Shown here: piece after piece, positions 1-12,142 of the stretch
How positions within the stretch are numbered: the first letter of the stretch is position 1
Layout: each line of letters begins with the position of its first letter
Assembly: GCF_006345805.1 (NCBI RefSeq)
Contig: NC_043014.1
Coordinates: 22,630,001 to 22,694,000, forward strand
DNA length: 64,000 nt
DNA from: Octopus sinensis
Lineage: Eukaryota
Direction of reading: 5' to 3'
Program-made: the position numbers and the translations under genes
The notes under the pieces: model-generated
Told to the model about the DNA's origin: nothing
Database searches by the model: none
What the model saw: the letters and a program-made list of their open reading frames with translations, nothing else

Positions 1-285
1 ATCGCCCAAAGCCTCAGTATTGTACTCCACACCACTATCCCCACATCACTGCTACCCTTACATCTAATTTTGCTGTCAACAACCACCCAAATACTACACG
101 TCCCATTCAATTTTTCAGTCATCATTGGGGCTCATGAGAGACGTTGAACAGCCTGTATCCATGAGGGCTTTGAATGCCTTTCCCCCAACCAGGACTTCAA
201 GTACATGCAGTGCTTCTACTTGCTTGTGGGGGAAGTTTGAGAGGTAGCAACTTCTCCATGGCCTTTTCTCTGGCTGCAGTTTATA
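1..285 (-). mobile_element. Ty3/Gypsy-type aspartic protease relic (frameshifted)
   Basis: Minus strand reads [26 protein letters not shown] (retropepsin DTG motif), then after a frameshift [31 protein letters not shown]; runs off the window start and is cut by (TA)n at the other end. Confidence 0.75.
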
Positions 286-395
286 TAAATATATATATAT
301 GCAGTTTATATATACATATATATATGTATATGTATATGTATATGTATATATATATGTATATGTATATGTATATATATATGTACATGTATATGTAT

Positions 396-429
<34 letters not shown>

Positions 430-537
430 ATATCTATGTATATATGTATATATATATATGTATATATATATATATGTATATATATATGATATATATATAT
501 GTATATACATATGTGTATATATGTATATGTATATATG

Positions 538-579
<42 letters not shown>

Positions 580-614
580 TATGTATATATGTAATATATA
601 TATATGTATATATG

Positions 615-645
<31 letters not shown>

Positions 646-676
646 TATATATGTAATATGTATATATATATATGTA

Positions 677-720
<44 letters not shown>

Positions 721-757
721 ATGTATATATGTATATATATATATGTATATATGTATG

Positions 758-788
<31 letters not shown>

Positions 789-1403
789 GTAATATATATA
801 TATATATATATATAATATATATATATATATGTATATATGTATAATATATATATATATGTATATATGCATATATGTATATATATATAGATATATATGTATA
901 TATGTATATATATATAGATATATATGTATATATGTATATATATATAGATATATGTATATATGTATATAGATATGTATATATGTATATATATATAGATATG
1001 TATATATATGTATATATGTATATATATATATGTATATAAATATGCATATATATATATGTATATAAATATATATATATATATATGTATTATATATATATAT
1101 GTATGTATATATATGTAATATATATATATATGTATATTATATATATATATGTATATATATGTATATATGTATATTATATATATATGTATATATATGTATA
1201 TATGTATATATATATATATGTATATATATATATACATATATACATATATATACATATATACATATAATGTATATATATATATACATATATATACATATAT
1301 ACATATAATGTATATATATACATATATACATATATATACATATATACATATAATGTATATATATATATACATATATACATATATATACATATATACATAT
1401 AAT

Positions 1404-1441
<38 letters not shown>

Positions 1442-1442
1442 A

Positions 1443-1487
<45 letters not shown>

Positions 1488-1503
1488 TATATATATATAT
1501 ATG
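286..1503. repeat. Interrupted (TA)n/(TATG)n microsatellite with internal ~30-45 bp higher-order units
   Basis: Almost pure TA alternation with G or C interruptions; tatatgtatatatgtatatatatatagata recurs at ~870-1000 and catataatgtata blocks at ~1260-1410. Confidence 0.97.
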
Positions 1504-2634
1504 TAAAGACAGAAAACAGGCAGTTGTGAGCAATGGAGCCACCTCCAAGGAAACGCAAATAACAAGCGGTGTCCCACAGGGCACTGTCTTGGGGCCACTG
1601 ATGTTCATAGTGGCCCTTTCAGACATGCCTTCAGTTGCTACGATGACCACCCTTGCTAGCTATGCAGATGACACAAAAGTCTCCCACACAATACAAAACC
1701 CTGAAAATATTGCGCATCTGCAATATACAGGTGGGCTGAGGACAACAACATGCAGTTTAATGCAGGTAAGTTCCAGGCCCTGCGCTACTGGCACACAAAG
1801 GTAAATGACGTGAAGACTGGATACACTGGCCCAGGAAGAATTGCAATCCCTGAGTCAAAATCAGTGCGTGACCTGGGCATTGACATGAGCAATGATGCAT
1901 CTTTCCAAATGCATATTGCTAATCTGGTGATAAAATGCAGACGGCTAGCTGGATGGATTCTCCGAACTTTCAGAACAAGAGAGAAGGAGACACTGATGGT
2001 CCTATGGAAAACATTCGTCCTCAGCCGCTTGGACTACTGCTCCCAACTTTGGTCACCACACAATATAAAACTAACAGCAGAACTCGAAGCAATTCAGAGA
2101 AGCTACACAAAGAAAATCGTCTCAATGCAAAATATCAGCTACTGGGAAAGACTGAAGGTATTAAACCTCTTCTCCCTAGAGCGGAGGCGGGAGAGATATG
2201 CAGCGATATACATCTGGAAAATCCTGGAGGGTCTTGTCCCAAACTTTGGCATTCAAAGTTACTCCAACCGCAGAACGGGGCGCCGCTGCGTGGTGCCAAG
2301 GATTCCAACATCACCATCAAAATACAGGTCCAGATACTGCAACAGCTTGGGTTTCAGAGGACCACAGCTCTTTAACATCCTCCCTAAATGCCTGAGAGAC
2401 TTACATGGTGTGGATGTGAGTTTCTTTAAAACTAAACTGGATCTCTTCTTGTTGGGAGTCCCAGATGAACCTACCTCATGACAGGAGACGCGGATGCGGG
2501 CAGCAGCATCGAACTCCCTTGTTGATCAAGTGCCACGTATCAGAGGTGGATTCACAAACTAGTGTAGCTCATTCAGCGGTGGTGCTCCAGCATGGCCGCG
2601 GCCTTTGGGCTAAAACATTTTTAAGGATTTAAGG

Positions 2635-2635
<1 letters not shown>
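1504..2635 (+). mobile_element. CR1/L2-group LINE family A, 5'-truncated RT C-terminus plus 3'UTR
   Basis: [14 protein letters not shown]...[10 protein letters not shown] motifs; ORF 1750-2481 ending [14 protein letters not shown]; 3' tail ggtgctccagcatggcc...aaggatttaaggat. Confidence 0.92.
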
Positions 2636-2670
<35 letters not shown>

Positions 2671-2673
<3 letters not shown>

Positions 2674-2838
2674 CTGTTTGTTTTATATTGTGTGGTGACC
2701 ACAGTTGGGAGCAGTAGTCCAAGCGGCTGAGGACGAATGTTTTCCATAGGACAGTCAGTGTCTCCCTCTCTCTTGTTCTGAAAGTTCGGAGAATCCATCC
2801 AGCCAGCCGTCTGCATTTTATCACCAGATTAGCAATAT
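2671..2838 (-). mobile_element. Inverted internal fragment of LINE family A
   Basis: Reverse complement matches 1913-2080 ([24 protein letters not shown]...WSPHNIK). Confidence 0.9.
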
Positions 2839-2875
2839 GATATATATACATATATATAAGTATATATATATATAT

Positions 2876-2946
<71 letters not shown>

Positions 2947-2971
2947 CATATATATATAACATATACATATA

Positions 2972-3058
<87 letters not shown>

Positions 3059-3060
<2 letters not shown>

Positions 3061-4135
3061 TGGGTCCACTACTGTTCATAATGGCCCTCTCAGACATGCC
3101 CTCAGCCACGCAGAGAGCCACGATCACAAGTTATGCAGATGATACAAAAGTTTCACAGGCAATACAGAACCCTGAGGACACTAAACGCCTGTAATGTGAG
3201 CTGGACAAAATATACAAGTGGGCTGAAAAGAATAGCATGCAGTTCAATGCTGGAAAGTTTCAAGCTTTATACTATCAGCATGCAAAACTAAATGCAATAC
3301 CCAATGAATACACTGGACCCGGAGGAATAGCAATCCCAGAGTAACAATCAGTGCGTGACCTGGGTATTTACATGAGTGATGACGCGACCTTTCGTGTACA
3401 TGTTGCTAAATTGGCAATGAAATGTAGACGACTGGCCGGATGGATTCTCAGAACCTTTAGAACAAGAGAACAAGAAACCATGATGGTCCTCTGGAGGACA
3501 CTTGTCCTAAGCCACTTTGACTATTGCTCTCAGTTATGGTCACCATCCAGTGTCAAGTTGATCACAGAGCTCGAGGCGATCCAGCGTAGCTACACGAAGA
3601 AGATAGCCTCTATGCAGAATGTAAGCTACTTGGAAAGACTCAAGAGATTAAAACTATATTCCTTGGAGCGTAGGCGGGAAAGATATGCCATAATATACAT
3701 CTGGAAGATCCTGGAGGGACGTGTCCCAAACTTTGGCATCGCGAGTTACACAAATGCCAGAACTGGGCGCCACTGCGTGGTGCCTTGGTCTCCAAATTTG
3801 CCATCAAGATGTAGGACAAGATACTGTGATAGCCTGGGCTTCCGAGGCCCACAGCTCTTCAATATCCTCCCGAAGAACCTGAGGGACCTGCATGGGGTGG
3901 ATGCAGATGTCTTTAAAATGGAACTGGATCTCTTCCTGTCAGGTGTCCCAGATGAACCAACTTCACGGCAGGACGTGCAGATGAGGGGAGCTGCATCGAA
4001 CTCTCTCATGCACCAAATGGCAGTTGCTAAAAAGCTTTCGTGAAGTAAAACCAAGTAGCAACACCAAATGGCGGTGCCCCAGCATGGCCACAGCTCATGA
4101 GCTGAAACTAGAATCAATCAATCAATCAATCAATC
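3059..4135 (+). mobile_element. CR1/L2-group LINE family B, 3' fragment with (AATC)n tail
   Basis: LGPLLF...SYADDTKV; ORF 3351-4043; tail ggcggtgccccagcatggccacagctcatgagctgaaactag followed by (aatc)n at 4112-4135. Confidence 0.92.
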
Positions 4136-4190
<55 letters not shown>

Positions 4191-4258
4191 ATATTATACA
4201 TATATATTATACATACATTTATATATATATATATAGATATATATATATATACATACAT

Positions 4259-4305
<47 letters not shown>

Positions 4306-4311
4306 GATATA

Positions 4312-4349
<38 letters not shown>

Positions 4350-4454
4350 CATACATTATATATATATATATATATATACATACATTATATATTATATAAT
4401 ATATATATATATATACATACATTTATATATATATATATGTATATATATATACAC

Positions 4455-4486
<32 letters not shown>

Positions 4487-4510
4487 TATATATATATTAT
4501 ATATATAAAC

Positions 4511-5953
4511 GCCATCTGATGCATGAGAGAGTTCGATGCAGCTGCCCTCATCTGCACCTCCTGCCGTGAAGTTGGTTCATCCGGGACACCTGACAGGAAG
4601 AGGTCCAGTCCTACTTTAAAGACATCCGCATCTACACCATGCAGGTCCCTCAGGTTCTTTGGAAGGATATTGAAGAGCTGTGAGCCTCTGAAGCCCAGGC
4701 TATCACAATATCTTGTCCTACATCTTGATGGCAAATTTGGAGTCCTTGATACTACGCAGTGGCGCCCGGTTCTGGCATTTGTGTGACTCTCGATGCCAAA
4801 GTTTGGGACAAGTCCTTCCAGGATCTTCCAGATATATATTATGGCATATCTTTCTTGCCTACGCTCCAGGGAATAGAGCTTTAATCTCTTGAGTCTTTCC
4901 CAGTAGCTCATATGCTGCACAGAGGCTATCTTCTTCGTGTAGCTTCGTTGGATCGCCTCAAGTTCTGTGATCATCTTGACACTGGATGGTGACCATAGTT
5001 GAGAGCAATAGTCAAAGTGGCTTAGGACAAGTGTCTTCCAGAGGACCATCATGGTTTCTTGTTCTCTTGTTCTAAAGGTTCTGAGAATCCATCAGGCCAG
5101 CCGTCTACATTTCATTGCCAGTTTAGCAACATGTACATGAAAGGTCGCGTCATCACTCATGTGAATACCCAAGTCACGCACTGATTGTGCCTCTGGGATT
5201 GCAATCCCTCCGGGTCCAGTGTATTCATTGGGTATTGCATTCAGTTTTGCATGCTGATAGTATAAAGCTTGAAACTTTTCAGCATTGAACTGCATGCTAT
5301 TCTTTTCAGCCCACTTGTATTTTTCGTCCAGCTCATATTGCAGGTGCTTAGTGTCTTCAGGGTTCTGTATTGCCTGTGAAACTTTTGTATCATCTGCATA
5401 ACTTGTGATCGTGGCTCTCTGCGTGGCTGAGGGCATGTCTGAGAGGGCTATTATGAACAGTAGTGGTCCCAAAACAGTGCCCTGCGGAACACCGCTCACT
5501 ATTTGCATGTTAATGGAAGTGGCCCCATTGGCAGTTACCACCTGACTTCTATTCTTCAGAAAGTCATGAAGCCATCCTCCCAATTTTCCAACTATGCCAA
5601 GATCACGCAGTTTGTGACACATCATTCCGTGATCGACTTTATCAAAGGCCTTTGGAAAGTCGAGATATATGACTTCCACATTTGAGTGGTTGAGCAGTTG
5701 TTTCAGCACCCAGTCATAGTGTTGTAGGAGCTGAGTTAAGCAGCTTCTTCCTGGTCGGAAACCATGTTGGGTGTCAGGCAGCAAGTCATTTTCTTCAAGG
5801 AAGGTGATTAGTTTCCTTCTGACTATTCGTTCCATGACCTTGCTGATGTGTGAGTTAGGGAGATAGGTCTATAGTTCTTGGCCTCCGCTCTGCTACCTCC
5901 TTTATGAATAGGGCATATTTACCTTCCTTCAGTTTACTTGGAAGTTTGCCAGT
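4511..5953 (-). mobile_element. CR1/L2-group LINE family B, RT domain with one premature stop
   Basis: ORF 5092-5835 ([44 protein letters not shown]) and ORF 4423-5052 are in frame, separated by a GGA>TGA change (GGA in the copy at ~3436). Confidence 0.93.
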
Positions 5954-5962
5954 TGTGTGTAT

Positions 5963-6013
<51 letters not shown>

Positions 6014-6042
6014 ATATGTTGCATGTATATATATATATATAT

Positions 6043-6104
<62 letters not shown>

Positions 6105-6205
6105 ATGTATATATATATATGTATATATGTATATATATGTATATATGTATATATATGTATGTATGTGTATGTATATATATATATATATGTATGTATATAT
6201 ATATC

Positions 6206-9200
6206 ATCATCATCATCATCATCAATTAACGTCCGCTTTCCATGCTAGCATGGGTTGGACGGTTCAACTGGGGTCTGGGGAGCCCGAAAGCTGCACCAGT
6301 CCAGTCAGATCTGGCAGTGTTTCTACAGCTGGATGCCCTTCCTAACGCCAACCACTCCGAGAGTGTAGTGGGTGATTTATGTGCCACCGACACAGGTGCC
6401 AGACGAGGCTGGCAAACGGCCACGCTCGGATGGTGTTTTTATGTGCCACCGACACAGGTGCCAGACGAGGCTGCAGACGGCCACGCTCGGATGGTGTTTT
6501 TATGTGCCACCGACACAGGTGCCAGACGAGGCTGGCAGACGGCCACGCTCGGATGGGTTTTATGAGGCTGGCAAACGGCCACGATCGGATGGTGCTTGTT
6601 ACGTGCCCACAGCACGGAGGCCAGTCGATGCGGTACTGGCTACGGCCACGTTCGGATGGTTTTCTTATGTGCCACGTGCCACAAAGATACAAATTCCATT
6701 GATGTTCGTCTATTTTGATTTGTTTTGATTTGATTTTCACTTGCCTCAACAGGTCTTCACAAGTGTCACAAGAAGGAAGGTATGCACAGGTGGACTGACT
6801 ACGTCCCAGGAGGGGCCATGGGTTATGGCTGACTAGTCTTGCCGGGTCTTCGGATGGTGTTTTTATGTGCCACCGACACAGGTGCTAGATGAGGCTGGCG
6901 AACGGCCACGATCGGATGGTGTTTGTCATGTGCCCACCGCACTGATGGATTTCTTGTGTGCCACAGGCACTGGTACCACAAGATACAAATTCCATTGATG
7001 TTCATCTATTTTGTCTATTTTGATTGATTTGATTTGATTGATTTGATTGATTTCACTTGCCTCAACCGGTCTCACAAGTGTCACAAGAAGGAGGTATGCA
7101 CAGGTGGACTGACTAGTCTGCCGGGTCTTCGGAAGGTGTTTTTATGTGCCACCGACACAGGTGCCAGATGAGGCTGGCGAACGGCCATGATCGGATGGTG
7201 TTTGTTACGTGCCCACAGCACGGAGGGTCGATGCGGAACTGGCTACGGCCACGTTCGGATGGTTCTCATGTGTGCCACCGGCACTGGTACCACAAAGTGT
7301 GTGTGCCACCGGCACTGGTACCACAAAGATACAGATTCCATTGATGTTCATCTATTTGATTTGTTTTGATTTGATTTGATTTTCACTTGCCTCAACAGTC
7401 TTCACAAGTGTCACCAGAGGAAAGATCCATTGATGTTCATCTATTTGATTTGTTTTGATTTGATTTTGATTTTCACTTGCCTCAACAGGCCTTCACAAGT
7501 ATCACAAGGNNNNNNNNNNNNNNNNNNNNNNNNNNNNNNNNNNNNNNNNNNNNNNNNNNNNNNNNNNNNNNNNNNNNNNNNNNNNNNNNNNNNNNNNNNN
7601 NNNNNNNNNCAGACGGCCACGCTCGGATGGTGTTTTTATGAGGCTGGCAACTGCCCACGTCGGATGGTGCTTGTTACGTGCCCACAGCCGGAGGCCCAGT
7701 CGATGCGGTACTGGCTACGGCCACGTTCGATTGTTTTTTCTATGTGCCACGTGCCACAAAGATACAAATTCCATTGATGTTCGTTCCTATTTTGATTTGT
7801 TTTGATTTGATTTCACTTCCTCAACAGGTCTTCACAAGTGTCACAAGAAGAAGGTATACCGCACAGTTGGACTGACTACGTCCCAGGTAGGGGCCATGGG
7901 TTATGGCCTGACTAGTCTTGCCGGGTCTTCGGATTGTTTTTATGTGCCACCGACACCAGGTGCTAATGAGGCTGGCGAACGGCCACGATCGATGGTGTTG
8001 TCACATGTGCCCACCGCACTGATGGATTTCTTGTGTGCCACAGGCACTGGTACCACAAGATACAAATTCCATTGATGTTCATCTATTTTGTCTATTTTGA
8101 TTGTGTTTGATTGATTTGATTTGATTTGATTTTCACTTGCCCTCAACCGTCTTCACAAGTGTCACAAAGGAAGGTATGCACAGGTGGACTGACTAGTCTT
8201 GCCGGGTCTCGGAAGGTGTTTTTTATGTGCCACCGACACAGGTGCCAGATGAGGCTGGCGAACGGCCATGATCGGATGGTGTTTGTTACGTGCCCACAGC
8301 ACGGAGGCCGGTCGATGCGAACTGGCTACGGCCCACGTTCGGATGGTTCTCATGTGTGCCACCGGCACTGTACCACAAAGTGTGTGCCCCGGCACTGGTA
8401 CCACAAAGATACAGATTCCATTGATGTTCATCTATTTTGATTTGTTTTGATTTGATTTGATTTCACTTGCCTCAACAGGTCTTCACAAGTGTCACAAGAG
8501 GGAAGATTCCATTGATGTTCATCTATTTTGATTTGTTTGATTTGATTTTGATTTTCACTTGCCTCAACAGGCTTCACAAGTATCACAAGGAGGAAGGTAT
8601 GCACAGTGGACTGACTACGTCCCAGGTAGGGGCCATGGTTTATGGCCTGACTAGTCTTGCCGGGTCTTCGGAAGGTGTTTTTATGTGCCACCGACACTGG
8701 TGCTAGATGAGGCTGGCGAACGGCCACGACCGGATGGTGTTTGTTATGTGCCCACAGCACGATGGCCAGTGATGCGGTACTGACACGGCCACGTTCGTAT
8801 GGATTCTGTGTGGCCACCGGCACTGGTACCACAAGCGGTACTGACTACGGCCACGTTCGGATGGATTTCTTGTTGCCACCGGCACTGGTACCCACAAGCG
8901 GTACTGACTACGGCCACGTTCGGATGGTTCTTGTGTGCCACTGCACTGGTACCCAAGGATACAAATTCCATTGATGTTCATCTATTTTGATTTGTTTTGA
9001 TTTGATTTGATTTTCACTTGCCTCAGCAGGTCTTCACAAGTCGTCAGGTATGTACAGGTGGACTGACTACGTCCCAGGTAGGCCCACGGGTTATGACCTG
9101 ACTAGTCTTGCCGGGTCTTCGGATGGTGTTTTTTATGTGCCACCATGTTACCCACAGCACGGAGGCCAGTCGATGCGGTACTGGCTACGGCCACGTTCGG

Positions 9201-9395
9201 ATGGTTTTCTTGTGTGTGCCACAGGCACTGGTACCACAAAGATACAAATTCCATTGATGTTCATCTATTTTGATTGATTTCACTTGCCTCAGCAGGTCTT
9301 CACAAGTGCTCACAAGAAGGAAGGTATGCACAGGTGGATCGACTACTTCCCAGGTAGGGCCACGGGATATGGCCTGACTAGTCCTGCCGGGTCCT
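6206..9395 (-). repeat. RTE LINE 3' end: (CAT)n tail, terminal stem-loop and 3'UTR amplified into a higher-order tandem array
   Basis: (cat)n + ttaacgtccgctttccatgctagcatgg tail; ~60-bp units; junction gccgggtcttc|ggatggtg recurs at ~6851, 7130, 7930, 8210, 8669, 9120 before the true ORF continuation at ~9395. Confidence 0.88.
7510..7609. other. Assembly gap (100 N)
   Basis: Run of 100 N; sequence after the gap repeats sequence before it with many indels. Confidence 0.99.
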
Positions 9396-10764
9396 TCTCA
9401 TGCACAGCACACTTCCATAGGACTCGGTCTTCAGTCCTTTCCTTGGTGAGACCTAAAGTTCGAAGGTCGTGCTTCACCACCTCGTCCCAGGTTTTCCTGG
9501 GTCTACCTCTTCCACGGTTCCCTCAACTGTAGGGTGTAGCACTTTTGCACACAACTATCTTCAGCCATTCTCGTCACATGACCATACCACAGCGCAGCCG
9601 TCCTCTTGCACACCAAACTGACACTTCTTAGTTTCAACTTTTCTCTCAAAGTACTTAACCTCTGACGATTATAACACTGACATTACACATCCCGGAGCAT
9701 ACTGGCTTCATTTCTTGCAGCTTACGCATATCCTCAGCTGTCACGGCCCATGTTCACTACCATGTAGCATGGCTGTACGTACACACGCATCATATAGTCT
9801 GCCTTTTACTCTTAGCGAGAGACCTTTTGTCACCAGCAGGGGTAAGAGCTCTCTAACTTTGCCCAGGCTATTCTTACTCTAGCAGTTACGCTTTCAGCAC
9901 ACCCACCCCCGCTACTGACTTGGTCTCCTAGGTAGCGGAAGCTTCAACTACTTCTAGTTTGTCTCCCTGGAACGTGGTAGAAGTTGGACTCTGCACACTT
10001 CCAGTGTATTATTTCTCCTGAGCATCTGCCACAGACAAAAACTATTTTCTTAGTTAGCCTTCCTTGACATTGCTGCACCTCTTATGTGTCCATAGCTTAC
10101 ACTTGGTGCACCTTATAGAGTTTTCTACCTACACCTTTTTTACAGATCGAGCAGGGCCATCTACCTGAAGTCGTTTGTGGTTGGTCCACCTTCCTACTTA
10201 TTAGGACTTTGGTTTTTGGCTAGTTGATTCTAAGGCCCTTCGATTCTAATCCTGTTTCCACACCTGAAACTTCTCCTCCAGTTCTGATAGTGACTCAGCA
10301 ATTAGAGCAAGGTCATCAGCATAGAGGAGCTCCCAGGGGCATCCTGTCTTGAATTCTCCGTTATTGCCTGGAGGACTATGATAAATGGAGGGGCTGAGGA
10401 CTGAACCTTGGTGGACCCCAACCTCTACCCGAATTCTTCACTGTACTCGTTTCCAACCCTCACCTTACTAGCTGCGTCTCTGTACATGGCTCGCACAGCT
10501 CTCACTAACCATTCATCTATCCCTAGTTTCCTCATTGACCACCAGAAAGGGATCGGGACCCTGTCAAAGGCTTTCTCTAAGTCAACAAAAGCCAGGTACA
10601 AGGGCTTACCTTTGGCTAGGTATTTCTCCTGCAGCTGTCTTACCAGGAATATAGCATCAGTAGTACTTTTCCCTGGCACGAACCCAAACTGCATATCATC
10701 TAAGCTAACTCTCTCTCTAATTAACTGGGCTATAACCCTCTCCGTAACCTTCATACCTGATCCA
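9380..10764 (-). mobile_element. RTE-clade LINE ORF2 C-terminal remnant (frameshifted RT)
   Basis: MKVTERVIAQLIRERVSLDDMQFGFVPGKSTTDAIF...FVDLEKAFDRVP (10425-10754); ELLYADDLAL near 10310-10340; ends AVHEKTRQD*. Confidence 0.92.
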
Positions 10765-10868
10765 TATATGTTATGTATAATGTATGTATATATATATGAC
10801 GTATGTTAGTATATATATATATATATATGGTATATGTATATGTATATATATATATTGTATATGTATAT

Positions 10869-10902
<34 letters not shown>

Positions 10903-10917
10903 ATATTTATATCTATA

Positions 10918-10950
<33 letters not shown>

Positions 10951-11042
10951 ATTATGTATATATATATATATTATATTCTATATATGTATATATATATATT
11001 ATATATATGTATATATTATATATATATATATAATATATATTA

Positions 11043-11078
<36 letters not shown>

Positions 11079-11261
11079 GTATAATATATATATGTATATA
11101 TATATATATATTATGTATATATATATGTATATATATATGTATGTATTATATGTATATATATATTATATATGTATATATATATGTATGTATATGTATGTAT
11201 ATATATGTATATATGTTATATATATGTATATATATATATGTATATATATGTATATATATGT

Positions 11262-11292
<31 letters not shown>

Positions 11293-11484
11293 GTTAATAT
11301 ATATATATGTATATATATATTATATTATAATATATATATATTATATATATATGTATATATATATATGTATATATATATATGTTATATATATGTGTATATA
11401 TATTTGTATACTTATATATATGTATATATATCATTGTTATATATAATATATATGTATATATATATATGTATATATATATATCGG

Positions 11485-11518
<34 letters not shown>

Positions 11519-11543
11519 TATATAATGATATGTATATAATATG

Positions 11544-11574
<31 letters not shown>

Positions 11575-11942
11575 GTATATATACATATATTGATATATAT
11601 ACTATTATGTATATATACATATATATGTATATATATATATGTATATATATATATGTATATAACATATATATGTAATATATATAGGGTATATATACATATA
11701 TATGTATATATACAATATAGCTATATATATATATGTATATCTATATATTATATAAATATATATATATATGTATATATATGTATATGTATATACATGTATT
11801 GTATATAATATATATGTATATATATATATATGTATAGTGTAATATATGTATATGTATATATATGTATATGTATATATGTATATATATATATATATATCTA
11901 TATAATCATATAATATATCTATATGTATATGTATATATATGG

Positions 11943-11981
<39 letters not shown>

Positions 11982-12142
11982 TATATATATATTATGTATA
12001 TATATGTATATATAATATGTATATATATATATATGTATATATATGTATATATATTATATATGTATTATATATATATATATGTATGTATATATATATATAT
12101 AATGTATATATATATATATATATAGTGTATATATATATATAT
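10765..12142. repeat. (TA)n/(TATG)n microsatellite
   Basis: TA alternation, mostly G-interrupted on the + strand. Confidence 0.97.

Noticed and set aside
5092-5094. In-frame TGA as possible selenocysteine or readthrough
   Set aside because: Sister copies have GGA (Gly) here, so it is a simple nonsense mutation. The PLE stop at 62803 is TAA, so it is not a selenoprotein-type PLE signal either.
6370-9380. CRISPR-like alternation of conserved palindromic repeats and variable segments
   Set aside because: Eukaryotic context, no cas genes, variable parts are only 3-11 nt hairpin loops, and the array is contiguous with an RTE ORF2 end and tail.
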